Assembly: GCF_900199515.1 (NCBI RefSeq)
Contig: NZ_LT963434.1
Location: 174,057 to 206,056 of the forward strand
DNA from: Massilicoli timonensis
GTDB lineage: Bacteria > Bacillota_I > Bacilli_A > Erysipelotrichales > Erysipelotrichaceae
Direction of reading: 5' to 3'
DNA length: 32,000 nucleotides
The notes beneath the pieces were generated by a model, which was not told the DNA's origin, made no database searches, and saw only the letters and a list, made by a program, of their open reading frames with translations. Made by a program: the position numbers and the translations under genes. Shown here piece after piece: positions 1-9,061 of the stretch. How positions within the stretch are numbered: the first letter of the stretch is position 1; every line of letters begins with the position of its first letter.

Positions 1-819
1 AAAATAACCGTTCAAAGCGATCAGAAATTAAATGAATCGGACTTAAAAGCAGATCTTGCCCGTTTTGATATTGAGCCTAGTACGATTCAGATCAATGGCG
101 AAAATAAAACAAGTGCCGAGATTTCCATTACCGATGTGATCGATTCTGAAACGATGCAGGAAGTGAAAGCTTATCTGAAAGATACATATGGCTATCCTGC
201 CAGTGACAATGTCGTTACTCCGGTAATCGGCCGCGACTTGGTAAAATCGGCGGTTTTGATCTCGATACTTGCCTGGATCGGTATTTTGATCTATGTGTCA
301 TTCCGCTTTAAGTGGGACTATGCCATCAGCGGTATCGTGGCCTTATTACATGATGTGATCATCATCTTGGCTGCTTGTGCGATCCTGCGCTTGGAGGTCA
401 ATACGGAAATCGTAGCGGTACTGCTTACGATCGTCGGTTACTCCATCAATAACTCGATCGTCGTATTCGATCGGATCCGTGATTACATGAAAGGCGTAAA
501 ACCACATGAGATCACGAAGGAGCGCTTGATTAGCATTGTAAACAGTGCGCTTGGCGATACGGCGCTGCGTTCCTTGTTCTCTACGTTTACAACGATGCTT
601 CCGGTCATCTGTCTGTTGTTTATGGGCAGCTCGGCAATCTTTAACTTTAACCTGCTGTTGATCGTTGGATTAGTTGCCGGCGGGGGTTCTTCGATGTTTA
701 TCGCGGCACAGCTTTGGTACTTTATCCGTTTACATCACAAACCAAAGCAAAAGAAGCGTAAAAAAGCGAAAAAATTAGATGAATTGACAGAGATGATCAT
801 TCCCGGCGTAAATGACTGA
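1..819 (+). CDS. secF: Protein translocase subunit SecF (or the SecF part of a fused SecDF), 5'-truncated by the window edge
   Basis: Frame 1 is open from nt 1 into the listed ORF 136..819. SecF-type membrane motifs are present (LLHDVIIILAACAIL, LLTIVGYSINNSIVVFDRIRD), followed by a Lys-rich tail and a stop at 817-819. Confidence 0.85.
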   Translation, partial: KITVQSDQKLNESDLKADLARFDIEPSTIQINGENKTSAEISITDVIDSETMQEVKAYLKDTYGYPASDNVVTPVIGRDLVKSAVLISILAWIGILIYVSFRFKWDYAISGIVALLHDVIIILAACAILRLEVNTEIVAVLLTIVGYSINNSIVVFDRIRDYMKGVKPHEITKERLISIVNSALGDTALRSLFSTFTTMLPVICLLFMGSSAIFNFNLLLIVGLVAGGGSSMFIAAQLWYFIRLHHKPKQKKRKKAKKLDELTEMIIPGVND

Positions 820-839
820 GAAATCTATATGCATGCATG

Positions 840-870
840 AACTGCCCGTCTTATGATGGTGCAGTTTTTA
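840..870 (+). terminator. Probable intrinsic terminator after secF
   Basis: aactgc (840-845) pairs with gcagtt (861-866) and is followed by a T-run. The loop is fairly large. Confidence 0.45.
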
Positions 871-903
871 TTTGGCATTGCAGATGTAGGATCAACGCTT
901 TTG

Positions 904-912
904 TGTTACAAT
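904..912 (+). promoter_or_regulatory. Extended -10 promoter (TGtTACAAT) upstream of recJ
   Basis: TG at 904-905 and TACAAT at 907-912, 20 nt before the recJ ATG. No good -35. Confidence 0.4.
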
Positions 913-932
913 AGTAAAAATGAGGTAGAATT

Positions 933-2558
933 ATGAATTATAAAATCGTTGCTATAACCGATACACAGTATTATGAAGAAAACTTTTCCTTAAAGAAGCT
1001 GGCCGCAAAAGTTGCTTGTGCAAAAGCGCTTGATGATCAAACGCTGCATGAATTACTGGCAGATCCACTGCTTGCGTCAACCGCACAGATCGAACCGCTT
1101 GCGCAGATCATCGACCGTCTGAAGCTGGCAAAAAAACGACAGGAACACGTATTGGTCTGCGGTGATTATGATGCAGATGGGATCTGTGCGACGACGATCA
1201 TGGTCTATGCACTGCGCCGCTATGGCATCACCTGTGGCTATTATATTCCCAATCGTTTTCGAGAAGGGTATGGCTTATCGTGCAATACCGTGGAGCTGGC
1301 TTATGAAAAGGGCTATCAGCTGTTGATTACCGTCGATAACGGAGTAAAGGCATTTGCGGCATGTGAGCGGGCACAGGCGTTACAGTTAGATCTGATCTTG
1401 ACGGATCATCACCAATATGAGGAACTGCCGCCGCATCTTTTGTTTTTACATCCGGCGATCTTGCCGAAGCGTTTTGCTAATATGTGCGGGGCGGCGATGG
1501 CATTGCTCATTGCCAATGCACTGATCGGGGAACAGTATGATACGATGATCTGGGCCATGATCGCGACCATCGGCGATGTCATGCCGCTGGAGGCGGAAAA
1601 TCGGATGATCGTGCGCAAGGGGCTTTCTTATCTGCGACGCGGTTTCGCAGTTCCGATCCAAAAACTGGCGGCGCCTTTTGTGAAATGGGATGAAACCGCT
1701 GTGGCATTCCAGATCGTTCCCAAACTGAATGCGATCGGCAGAATGGCAGATGAAGCCAATGCGAACATGGCAGTGCGCTATCTGTTGTCCGGCAATATGG
1801 AAGAAATCGAAAAGTGTGCGCAGCAGATCATTGCGCTCAATGCCTACCGCAAGGTAAAAAGCGAGGAGATGTATCAGCGCTGCATGCAGCTAACGTTTCC
1901 ACAAACACAGTTTCAGATCTTATATGATCCAACCTTTCATGAGGGTTTATTAGGTATCGCGGCAGGACGTATTGCAAATGAGCTGCATGTTCCGACAATG
2001 GTATTGACAAAGAAAGACGATCATGTGAGCGGCAGTGTGCGCAGTGTCGGCAGTTTGGATCTGATGACATTTTTTGCGCCATGGAAAGATCGCTTCATCC
2101 GCTTTGGCGGACATCAAAAAGCCTGCGCGATCACGATAGACGCAGAACAGCTGCCGCAGCTGCGCGCGTATTGTGAACAGGAAATCGATCCAACGCTCTT
2201 ACAAGAGGAGCACGATGAAACGCTGATTTGCTTAGAGCCGGAGGAAATCACCTTGGAAGCAGCGCTGGACTTGATGCGTTTGGCGCCCTTTGGAGAAGGG
2301 TGGAAGAAACCGCTTTTTCTTGTGAAACTAGACGATCTGACGATGACGCGCTTAAAAGGCGGACACTTAAAATTCAACAAAGGAGATCTGGAATTGATCT
2401 ATTTTAACGCTCCGCAGTTAGATGAAGCTTTCTTTGATCAGGACGATCATGCGTTTGTCGTATCCGTTGCGATCAAGCATTATCGCGGCAAACAAAGTGT
2501 GCTGCTTCAAATACAGGATGTGATTTCCGTAAGCGATGGTACCAGTGTGCTCTTATAG
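933..2558 (+). CDS. recJ: Single-stranded-DNA-specific exonuclease RecJ (DHH/DHHA1 family)
   Basis: DHH motifs VCGDYDADGICAT, VDNG and LTDHH, plus DHHA1 RFGGHQKA. SD gaggt sits 6 nt before the ATG. The recJ-apt-relA order matches Bacillus. Confidence 0.85.
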   Translation: MNYKIVAITDTQYYEENFSLKKLAAKVACAKALDDQTLHELLADPLLASTAQIEPLAQIIDRLKLAKKRQEHVLVCGDYDADGICATTIMVYALRRYGITCGYYIPNRFREGYGLSCNTVELAYEKGYQLLITVDNGVKAFAACERAQALQLDLILTDHHQYEELPPHLLFLHPAILPKRFANMCGAAMALLIANALIGEQYDTMIWAMIATIGDVMPLEAENRMIVRKGLSYLRRGFAVPIQKLAAPFVKWDETAVAFQIVPKLNAIGRMADEANANMAVRYLLSGNMEEIEKCAQQIIALNAYRKVKSEEMYQRCMQLTFPQTQFQILYDPTFHEGLLGIAAGRIANELHVPTMVLTKKDDHVSGSVRSVGSLDLMTFFAPWKDRFIRFGGHQKACAITIDAEQLPQLRAYCEQEIDPTLLQEEHDETLICLEPEEITLEAALDLMRLAPFGEGWKKPLFLVKLDDLTMTRLKGGHLKFNKGDLELIYFNAPQLDEAFFDQDDHAFVVSVAIKHYRGKQSVLLQIQDVISVSDGTSVLL

Positions 2559-2632
2559 GTATTTGTTTCCGCAAGAAAGATCGATGCGGATGAAAATGCA
2601 CTGATTTATGTAATGCAAAAACACGGAATATT

Positions 2633-2641
2633 TGATATAAT
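2633..2641 (+). promoter_or_regulatory. Extended -10 promoter (TGaTATAAT) upstream of apt
   Basis: TG at 2633-2634 and TATAAT at 2636-2641. Confidence 0.45.
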
Positions 2642-2683
2642 GATACTATCTATAAAACAAGCGATAAACAGGGAGGCATGGTT

Positions 2684-3202
2684 ATGGATTACAAAAAATA
2701 TATTGCGGATATCGAAGGATTTCCAAAAGAAGGGATCTTGTTTCGAGATATTACGCCTTTGATGGCTGATGGCAAAGCGTTTCATACAGCATGTGATGAA
2801 ATGATCGCCTTTGCCAAAGAAGTAAAAGCAGATGTGATCGTCGGTCCAGAATCTAGAGGGTTTATTTTCGGATGTCCGGTTGCTTATCAGCTCGGCATCG
2901 GTTTTGTGCCGGTGCGCAAACCGGGGAAGCTGCCGCGCAAGACCGTCAGCGTTTCTTATGATCTGGAATATGGCAGCAATGAACTGCATGTCCATGCGGA
3001 CGGCATCACAAAAGGACAGAGAGTGCTGATCATTGACGATTTACTGGCAACCGGTGGAACGGTGAGGGCAACAATGGATATTGTCAAGCAGCTGGGCGGT
3101 GAAGTTGTCGGCTGTGCCTTTTTGATCGAATTGAAGGATCTGAACGGTCGTGCTGCGATCGGGGTACAAACACCGATCAAGACATTGATCTCATACGAGT
3201 AA
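2684..3202 (+). CDS. apt: Adenine phosphoribosyltransferase
   Basis: [14 protein letters not shown] and the PRPP-binding loop [14 protein letters not shown] prefer ATG 2684 (GGGAGG 7 nt upstream) over the ORF-track ATG 2678, which has only 1 nt of spacing. Confidence 0.9.
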   Translation: MDYKKYIADIEGFPKEGILFRDITPLMADGKAFHTACDEMIAFAKEVKADVIVGPESRGFIFGCPVAYQLGIGFVPVRKPGKLPRKTVSVSYDLEYGSNELHVHADGITKGQRVLIIDDLLATGGTVRATMDIVKQLGGEVVGCAFLIELKDLNGRAAIGVQTPIKTLISYE

Positions 3203-3203
3203 C

Positions 3204-3224
3204 AAAGGGGCGTTCCCCCTTTTT
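3204..3224 (+). terminator. Short hairpin plus T-run between apt and relA (possible partial terminator)
   Basis: aaagggg-cgtt-cccccttttt immediately after the apt stop. Confidence 0.5.
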
Positions 3225-3246
3225 GAAATAGAAAGAGGGTGATGGT

Positions 3247-5448
3247 ATGGTAAGAAAGACAGCGGTCGGCTATCCGGAACTGATGGAGGAAGTCAGACAG
3301 TACATTCATAAGGAAGAAAATATCAAGCTGATCGAAGATGCTTATGCGTTTGCTCATGAAAAGCATGAAGGGCAATTTCGCAAAAGCGGCGAGCCTTATG
3401 TTGTACATGTGATCCAGGTCGGCTATATTTTAGCGCAGCTGCGCACCGGGCCGCAGACGATCGCAGCAGGACTGCTTCATGATGTGATCGAAGACTGCAG
3501 TGTCAGCGATGATGATTTTAAGCAGCGCTTCGGGGAAGAAGTGTATCGGCTGGTAGAAGCGGTTACCAAGATTGGCAATCTGAAATTCAAGGATGAAAAA
3601 GAATATCTTGCCAGCAATCACCGCAAGATCTTTATCGCGATGGCGCAGGATGTCCGCGTCATTCTCATTAAATTGTCCGACCGTCTTCATAATATGCGCA
3701 CGCTGCAATACATGAAGGAGGAAAAGCAGAAAAAGATCGCTTCGGAAACACTGGAGGTCTATGCACCGATCGCCCATCGTTTGGGTATCAGCGAAATCAA
3801 AAATGAACTGGAGGATCTTTGTTTCCAATATCTGAATCCGGAGAAATATTATGAAATTGCGCATTTGGTAGAAAAACGCAAAACCGAGCGGGATGAACAG
3901 GTGCACCAGATGATCGATGAAATATCGGCTTTACTGGATGAACACCATATCGCTTATCGGATATTCGGCAGAAGCAAGCATCTTTACAGCATCTATAAAA
4001 AGATGGTGACCAAGAAAAAACGCTTTGAGGAGATACTTGATCTTCTGGCGATCCGCATCATCACCAGCGATGAAACGGCATGCTATGAAATATTAGGCTA
4101 TATCCATGCGAAATATCGGCCGATCCCGGGTCGCTTCAAAGATTATATCGCAATGCCGAAGGTCAATATGTATCAGTCCTTGCATACGACGATCGTTGCG
4201 GAAGAAGGCAATATTTTCGAAGTGCAGATCCGTACGGAAAAGATGGATGAGATCGCCGAACAGGGGATCGCAGCGCACTGGCGCTATAAAGAAAACCGCA
4301 ATGGCGGAAAAGAAGTGCCGCAGAAGGAAATTGAGGAACAACTGCACTGGCTGCGTGATTTCTCGCTTATGAGCGATGAGGTCAGTGATGATGCAATGGA
4401 ATATATGAATCTGTTGCAAAAGGATATTTTTGAAGCCAATGTGTATGTCATGTCGCCTAAGGGCAGGGTGATCGCTTTGCCAAATGGAGCGACCCCGATC
4501 GATTTTGCCTATCGCATCCATACGGAAATCGGACATAAAATGATCGGGGCGACGGTAAACGGCGGCATCGTGCCGTTGAATACACCGTTAAAGACAGGTG
4601 ATGTTGTATCGATTCGCACCAGCAATCAATCCAACGGTCCAAGCGAAGACTGGCTTAAAATCGTCAAGTCCTCACATGCCCGCAATAAGATTCGTGCCTT
4701 TTTTGCCAAACAAGAGGTAGAACGGAAAAAAGAAGGAATCCGCAAAGGGGAAGAACTGCTGGGAGAGGAATTGAAGAAACGCGGCTTGGATGTTTCTTTC
4801 ATGGAAGAAAAGCGTATCAATGCAATTACCAATTCCATGAGCTTTGCCTCTTATGACGATATCATGTACGCCATCGGCACTAAGATCGTATCCGTTTCTT
4901 CGGTCATTGAACGATTGACGAAGCATAAACAGTTCAATCAGTTGGATAATCAGGAAATGATCGAAATGTTTAACCGGCAAGAAGGACGGAAAAAAACGAT
5001 CTCGCGTTCCGGTATCAGTGTGGCGGGAATCGGCAGCATGAAGATCACGCTGGCGGCGTGCTGCTCACCGGTGCCGGGTGATGAGATCATCGGCTATATT
5101 ACCAAGGGACAGGGCGTAAAAGTACACCGCAAAGACTGTCCAAACATTATAAATGAAACCAAGCGGTTAATTGAAGTGGAATGGGATGATGATCTTGAAT
5201 CACGTAATTATGAGGTGAAGCTGCTGATCAAGTCCAATGACCGCAATTATCTGCTTTCGGATATCGTAACCATTGTTTCACAGTGTAAAGCAGGCTTAAA
5301 TCATGTGGACAGTAAGGTCAATGAGGATGGTGTTACGGCAACGACCAAGATGACGGTGGTGGTAAACGATGCGCAGCATCTGCGCACGCTGATCGCGAAT
5401 CTCAGTAAGGTCAATTCGGTCAAAAGCGTGGAGCGAGTCGTTTTATAG
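3247..5448 (+). CDS. relA: Bifunctional (p)ppGpp synthetase/hydrolase Rel (long RSH)
   Basis: 733 aa. HD hydrolase motifs (HEGQFRKSGEPYVVH, LLHDVIED), synthetase motifs (GRSKHLYSIYKKM, DLLAIRII, YQSLHTT, FEVQIRTEKMDEIAEQGIAAHWRYK), and TGS and ACT-like C-terminal regions. Confidence 0.95.
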   Translation: MVRKTAVGYPELMEEVRQYIHKEENIKLIEDAYAFAHEKHEGQFRKSGEPYVVHVIQVGYILAQLRTGPQTIAAGLLHDVIEDCSVSDDDFKQRFGEEVYRLVEAVTKIGNLKFKDEKEYLASNHRKIFIAMAQDVRVILIKLSDRLHNMRTLQYMKEEKQKKIASETLEVYAPIAHRLGISEIKNELEDLCFQYLNPEKYYEIAHLVEKRKTERDEQVHQMIDEISALLDEHHIAYRIFGRSKHLYSIYKKMVTKKKRFEEILDLLAIRIITSDETACYEILGYIHAKYRPIPGRFKDYIAMPKVNMYQSLHTTIVAEEGNIFEVQIRTEKMDEIAEQGIAAHWRYKENRNGGKEVPQKEIEEQLHWLRDFSLMSDEVSDDAMEYMNLLQKDIFEANVYVMSPKGRVIALPNGATPIDFAYRIHTEIGHKMIGATVNGGIVPLNTPLKTGDVVSIRTSNQSNGPSEDWLKIVKSSHARNKIRAFFAKQEVERKKEGIRKGEELLGEELKKRGLDVSFMEEKRINAITNSMSFASYDDIMYAIGTKIVSVSSVIERLTKHKQFNQLDNQEMIEMFNRQEGRKKTISRSGISVAGIGSMKITLAACCSPVPGDEIIGYITKGQGVKVHRKDCPNIINETKRLIEVEWDDDLESRNYEVKLLIKSNDRNYLLSDIVTIVSQCKAGLNHVDSKVNEDGVTATTKMTVVVNDAQHLRTLIANLSKVNSVKSVERVVL

Positions 5449-5499
5449 GACGCCCCTTTGTGAAAACAAGAAAAACCATGCGATTTTCATGACAAATAC

Positions 5500-5528
5500 T
5501 TGCCAAGAACGCTGTTTTTGATTATACT
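5500..5528 (+). promoter_or_regulatory. Sigma-A-type promoter of the hisS-aspS leader
   Basis: TTGCCA (5500-5505), 17-nt spacer, TATACT (5523-5528). Confidence 0.6.
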
Positions 5529-5534
5529 GTACCT

Positions 5535-5742
5535 AGATTCGATGAAGAAGAGAAAGAACGGATGCATGGCACAGAGAGGGAAGGACGCTGAAAATTCCTG
5601 CATGCGAAGGACTGGGACACTTTGGAGAAGTATCTGCAAAACAGGTACCGTCGGCGGCGTTATCGCATGAAAGGGCATATCGTTTCGATATGAACTAAGG
5701 TGGCACCGCGTATCATACGTCCTTAGACAAGGACGTTTTTTT
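5535..5742 (+). promoter_or_regulatory. T-box riboswitch leader (tRNA-sensing transcription attenuator) of hisS-aspS
   Basis: GA/K-turn gatgaag (5541-5547), AGAGA (5573-5577), distal-loop gctgaaaa (5587-5594) and T-box sequence aactaaggtggcaccgcg (5693-5710). The terminator is acgtcctt/aaggacgt (5717-5724 / 5729-5736) plus a T-run to 5742, 21 nt before the hisS ATG. Confidence 0.9.
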
Positions 5743-5763
5743 ATACTAAAGGAGGAATGAAAC

Positions 5764-7065
5764 ATGAGTTATCAAATGCCAAGAGGCACACAGGATATTT
5801 TACCGAAGGATATTGCAAAATGGCATCGTTTGGAAGAGCTGATCCGGCAGTTTTGCTATGTGTATAACTATAACGAGATCCGCACGCCGATCTTTGAACA
5901 TACCGAGGTCTTTAAGCGCGGCAACGATTCCAGCGATATGGTAAACAAGGAAATGTATACATTTCAATTAACAAACAGCCGTACTTCTTTGACTTTGCGT
6001 CCGGAAGGGACAGCCGGTGTCGTACGCAGCTTTGTCGAGCATAAGATGTATGGCGATGCGGAGCTGCCGGCAAAGCTGTATTATCTGGGACCGCAGTTTC
6101 GTCATGAACGTCCGCAGAAAGGACGGCAGCGCATCTTTCATCAGTTCGGCGTCGAAGTCATCGGTGCGAAAAATCCATTGTTGGATGTGGAAGTGATCGC
6201 ACTGGGATGGTCCTTTGTGAATGCTTTGGGCTTAAAAGATATGAAGGTCTTATTAAATACACTGGGTGATGATGCTTCAAGAGATGCTTATCGCGCAGCC
6301 TTAAAGGCACATTTTGCCGATGCGATCGACGACATGTGCGCAGACTGCAAACGTCGCTATGAACAAAACCCGCTGCGCATCTTAGATTGTAAGATCGACG
6401 CTGAGAAAGATATCATGAAAACAGCGCCGCATATGAAAGACTATCTAAATGAGGAATCAAAAGCATATTTTGCGAAAGTATGCGAAGGATTGGAAGCCTT
6501 AGGCATTCCTTATGAAATCGATGATCGTTTGGTACGCGGCTTAGATTATTATACGCATACCGTCTTTGAGGTCGTATCGGTCAATCAGGAAATGGGCAGT
6601 CAGTCCACCGTATTTGCGGGCGGCCGTTATGACGGCTTGGTTTCCTATTTCGGCGGTCCGGAAGGCATGAGCGGTATTGGATGGGCAATGGGCTTAGAGC
6701 GGCTGATCCTCGCTTGTGAAGCGGAGGGGATCGTCTTATCAGAAGAAGAAGGACTGGATGCTTACGTGCTTTGCTTAGATGAATCGGCATCGGTTGCGGC
6801 GCTGCAGATCACGACGATGCTGCGGGCTGCCGGTTATCGCTGTGAACGCGATTATCTGGGACGTTCTTTCAAAGCACAGTTCAAAAGCGTAGAGCGCCGT
6901 CATGCGAAATATGCGATCTTGGTCGGTGAAAAAGAGGTGCAAAGCGGTGTGCTTACGATCAAGCGTACAGCGGATCGCATGCAGTTTGAGGGAGCGATCG
7001 ATGAGCTGGTAGAAGTCATGGATCGGTTGATGGAAGAAGAGGAAGGAGCACATCACCATGAATAG
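5764..7065 (+). CDS. hisS: Histidine--tRNA ligase
   Basis: Class II HisRS motifs (MPRGTQD, LRPEGTA, YYLGPQFRHERPQKGRQRIFHQFG, GGRYDGL). The protein ends ...GAHHHE. Confidence 0.95.
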   Translation: MSYQMPRGTQDILPKDIAKWHRLEELIRQFCYVYNYNEIRTPIFEHTEVFKRGNDSSDMVNKEMYTFQLTNSRTSLTLRPEGTAGVVRSFVEHKMYGDAELPAKLYYLGPQFRHERPQKGRQRIFHQFGVEVIGAKNPLLDVEVIALGWSFVNALGLKDMKVLLNTLGDDASRDAYRAALKAHFADAIDDMCADCKRRYEQNPLRILDCKIDAEKDIMKTAPHMKDYLNEESKAYFAKVCEGLEALGIPYEIDDRLVRGLDYYTHTVFEVVSVNQEMGSQSTVFAGGRYDGLVSYFGGPEGMSGIGWAMGLERLILACEAEGIVLSEEEGLDAYVLCLDESASVAALQITTMLRAAGYRCERDYLGRSFKAQFKSVERRHAKYAILVGEKEVQSGVLTIKRTADRMQFEGAIDELVEVMDRLMEEEEGAHHHE

Positions 7066-8797
7066 AACACATTACTGCGGCGCATTGCGCATGAGCGATG
7101 TCGGGAAAGAAGTCGTATTAAAAGGCTGGGTAGCGAAGCGCCGCAATTTCGGAGCATTGGTCTTCATCGATCTAAGAGATCGTGAAGGCATTGCCCAGCT
7201 GGTTTTTGACGAAACCCTTTCCGCACAGATCGTAGAAGTGCGAAATGAATATGTATTGTCCGTGAAAGGAAAAGTCGTAGAGCGTCAGGATAAAAACGCG
7301 AAGATCGCCACCGGTGATGTCGAAGTGCTGGTAGAAGCGGTTTCGATCATGAACAGCGCCAAAACAACGCCGCTCATTATCGCTGATGAAACCGACGCAT
7401 TAGAAGATACACGCTTAAAGTATCGTTATTTGGATCTGCGCCGCAGCGTTTTACAGAAAAACCTAAAGCTGCGTCATCAGGTTACACTATTGACACGCAA
7501 TTATTTGGCGAACAAAGGATTTTATGAGATCGAAACACCGATCCTTTGTAAATCCACACCGGAAGGGGCAAGGGATTATCTAGTGCCGAGCAGAATTACC
7601 AAAGGTGGTTTTTATGCCTTGCCGCAATCGCCGCAAATCTATAAACAATTATTGATGATCGGCGGTTTTGACCGGTATTTTCAAATTGCCCGCTGTTTCC
7701 GTGATGAAGATCTGCGTGCGGATCGACAGCCGGAATTTACCCAGATCGACATTGAAATGAGCTTCGTAGAAGAAAACGATGTATTTGCCTTAGTGGAAGG
7801 GTTGATGGGTGAGATCTTTGATAAGATCAAAGGCATCAAGCTGCCGTCTTTTACCAGACTGCCATATGTGGAATGTATGAAGCGCTTTGGCAGTGATAAG
7901 CCGGATATGCGCTTTGCGATGGAACTGCACTGTGTGAATGAAGCCTTCGCTCATACCGATTTTACGATCTTTCAGCAGGTTTTGGCACAGGGTGGAGAAA
8001 TCAATGCGATCAATGTAAAAAATGCCGCAGATCGCTTCTCTCGCAAGCAGCTGGATCAGTTACAGGAATATGTTAAGATCTATGGTGCAAAAGCGCTGGC
8101 ACATCTCAAATACAAGGATAGCACGTTTACCGGCAGCATTGCCAAAGTGACAAGTGATGCAGAGCAAGCCTCCCTGATCAAAATGCTGGAGGTAGAAGAA
8201 AACGACCTGCTTTTCTTTGTGGCTGATCAAAAACGCGTATCGCAGACGGCTTTAGGCGCACTGCGTTTGAAGCTTGGGAAAGAACTGCATCTGATCGATG
8301 AAAGCAAATACCAGTTCCTCTGGGTAACCGATTTCCCGATGTTTGAATACAGCGAGGAAGAACAGCGCTATGTCGCGGCACATCATCCGTTCACTTCGCC
8401 AAATTTAGAAGATGTCGATAAACTGCTCGATGACAAGGCAAACTGCTATTCACGCGCATATGACTTGGTTTTGAACGGCTATGAATTATTGAGCGGTTCG
8501 ATCCGTATTCACGACCAACAGTTACAGGAAAAAGTATTTGAAGCGATCGGCATGACAAAAGCAGAAGCAAAGGCGCGTTTTGGCTTCTTTCTCGATGCTT
8601 TTCAGTATGGCACCCCACCGCATGGAGGGGTAGGAATCGGCCTGGAGCGTTTGATCATGATCTTAGCCGGTACCGATAATATTCGTGATGTGGTGGCTTT
8701 TCCAAAGACTGCCAGTGCCTCTGATCTGATGAGTGAAGCGCCAAGCAGCGTCGATCAAAAACAGTTGGAAGAATTACATTTGACGATTACAGAATAA
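7058..8797 (+). CDS. aspS: Aspartate--tRNA ligase
   Basis: Class IIb AspRS motifs (FIDLRDREG, FYALPQSPQIYKQLLM, FRDEDLRADRQPEFTQID, GGVGIGLERL). The ATG overlaps the last hisS codons; SD GGAAGGAG is at 7041-7048. Confidence 0.95.
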   Translation: MNRTHYCGALRMSDVGKEVVLKGWVAKRRNFGALVFIDLRDREGIAQLVFDETLSAQIVEVRNEYVLSVKGKVVERQDKNAKIATGDVEVLVEAVSIMNSAKTTPLIIADETDALEDTRLKYRYLDLRRSVLQKNLKLRHQVTLLTRNYLANKGFYEIETPILCKSTPEGARDYLVPSRITKGGFYALPQSPQIYKQLLMIGGFDRYFQIARCFRDEDLRADRQPEFTQIDIEMSFVEENDVFALVEGLMGEIFDKIKGIKLPSFTRLPYVECMKRFGSDKPDMRFAMELHCVNEAFAHTDFTIFQQVLAQGGEINAINVKNAADRFSRKQLDQLQEYVKIYGAKALAHLKYKDSTFTGSIAKVTSDAEQASLIKMLEVEENDLLFFVADQKRVSQTALGALRLKLGKELHLIDESKYQFLWVTDFPMFEYSEEEQRYVAAHHPFTSPNLEDVDKLLDDKANCYSRAYDLVLNGYELLSGSIRIHDQQLQEKVFEAIGMTKAEAKARFGFFLDAFQYGTPPHGGVGIGLERLIMILAGTDNIRDVVAFPKTASASDLMSEAPSSVDQKQLEELHLTITE

Positions 8798-8818
8798 AGC
8801 GAGCTGTTTCGCTTTTTT
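8796..8818 (+). terminator. Intrinsic terminator after aspS
   Basis: aaagcga (8796-8802) pairs with tcgcttt (8809-8815) and is followed by a T-run. Confidence 0.7.
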
Positions 8819-8950
8819 CTTATCCGCATATCGATCTATATATGTGATCGTACAATAGATAAAAAACAGAAAATAAGGCATCACCGATCTGTAAGCAGCA
8901 TAAACTGGCAATATATCTTGGCATCTGTATGATCAGCAATACTTGAAAAA

Positions 8951-8979
8951 TTGACAGATACGCATAGGAATGCTACAAT
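8951..8979 (+). promoter_or_regulatory. Strong sigma-A promoter with extended -10
   Basis: TTGACA (8951-8956), 17-nt spacer, TGcTACAAT (8971-8979). The ORF-track TTG 'start' at 8951 is this -35 box. Confidence 0.75.
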
Positions 8980-9061
8980 AATGCCATTCAGAATGTTTCT
9001 GGCTGAATGGCTGCTTCAAAAAGCGGCGATTCATGAAAGAAACGAGGAGGTAATTGAATAT

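Noticed and set aside
933-2558. RecJ being short (541 aa) compared with Bacillus RecJ
   Set aside because: All DHH/DHHA1 catalytic motifs are present, and the length is similar to other bacterial RecJ proteins. It is not evidence of truncation or a pseudogene.
2956-3408. 150-aa minus-strand ORF. Similar long antisense ORFs occur at 3430..3906, 4093..4536, 9518..9928, 17236..17640, 20786..21145, 21455..21799, 23783..24142 and 24505..24867.
   Set aside because: All lie antisense to strongly supported genes. They have no SD or family motifs and show low-complexity, Arg/Cys/His-rich translations typical of shadow ORFs.
8820-8924. 34-aa minus-strand ORF (MPRYIASLCCLQIGDALFSVFYLLYDHIYRSICG) in the aspS-CNNM intergenic gap
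   Set aside because: It has no SD or promoter-like element upstream on the minus strand, and it would run into the aspS terminator. It is most likely chance.
8951-9061. N-terminal extension of the CNNM protein from TTG 8951. Similar ORF-track extensions occur at 11486..11578 (ttcA), 15727, 17866, 19902, 22632, 25223, 27305 and 28547.
   Set aside because: In each case a downstream ATG or GTG has a proper SD at 4-10 nt, and the extension covers a promoter, terminator or the end of the previous gene. For example, TTG 8951 is the TTGACA -35 box.
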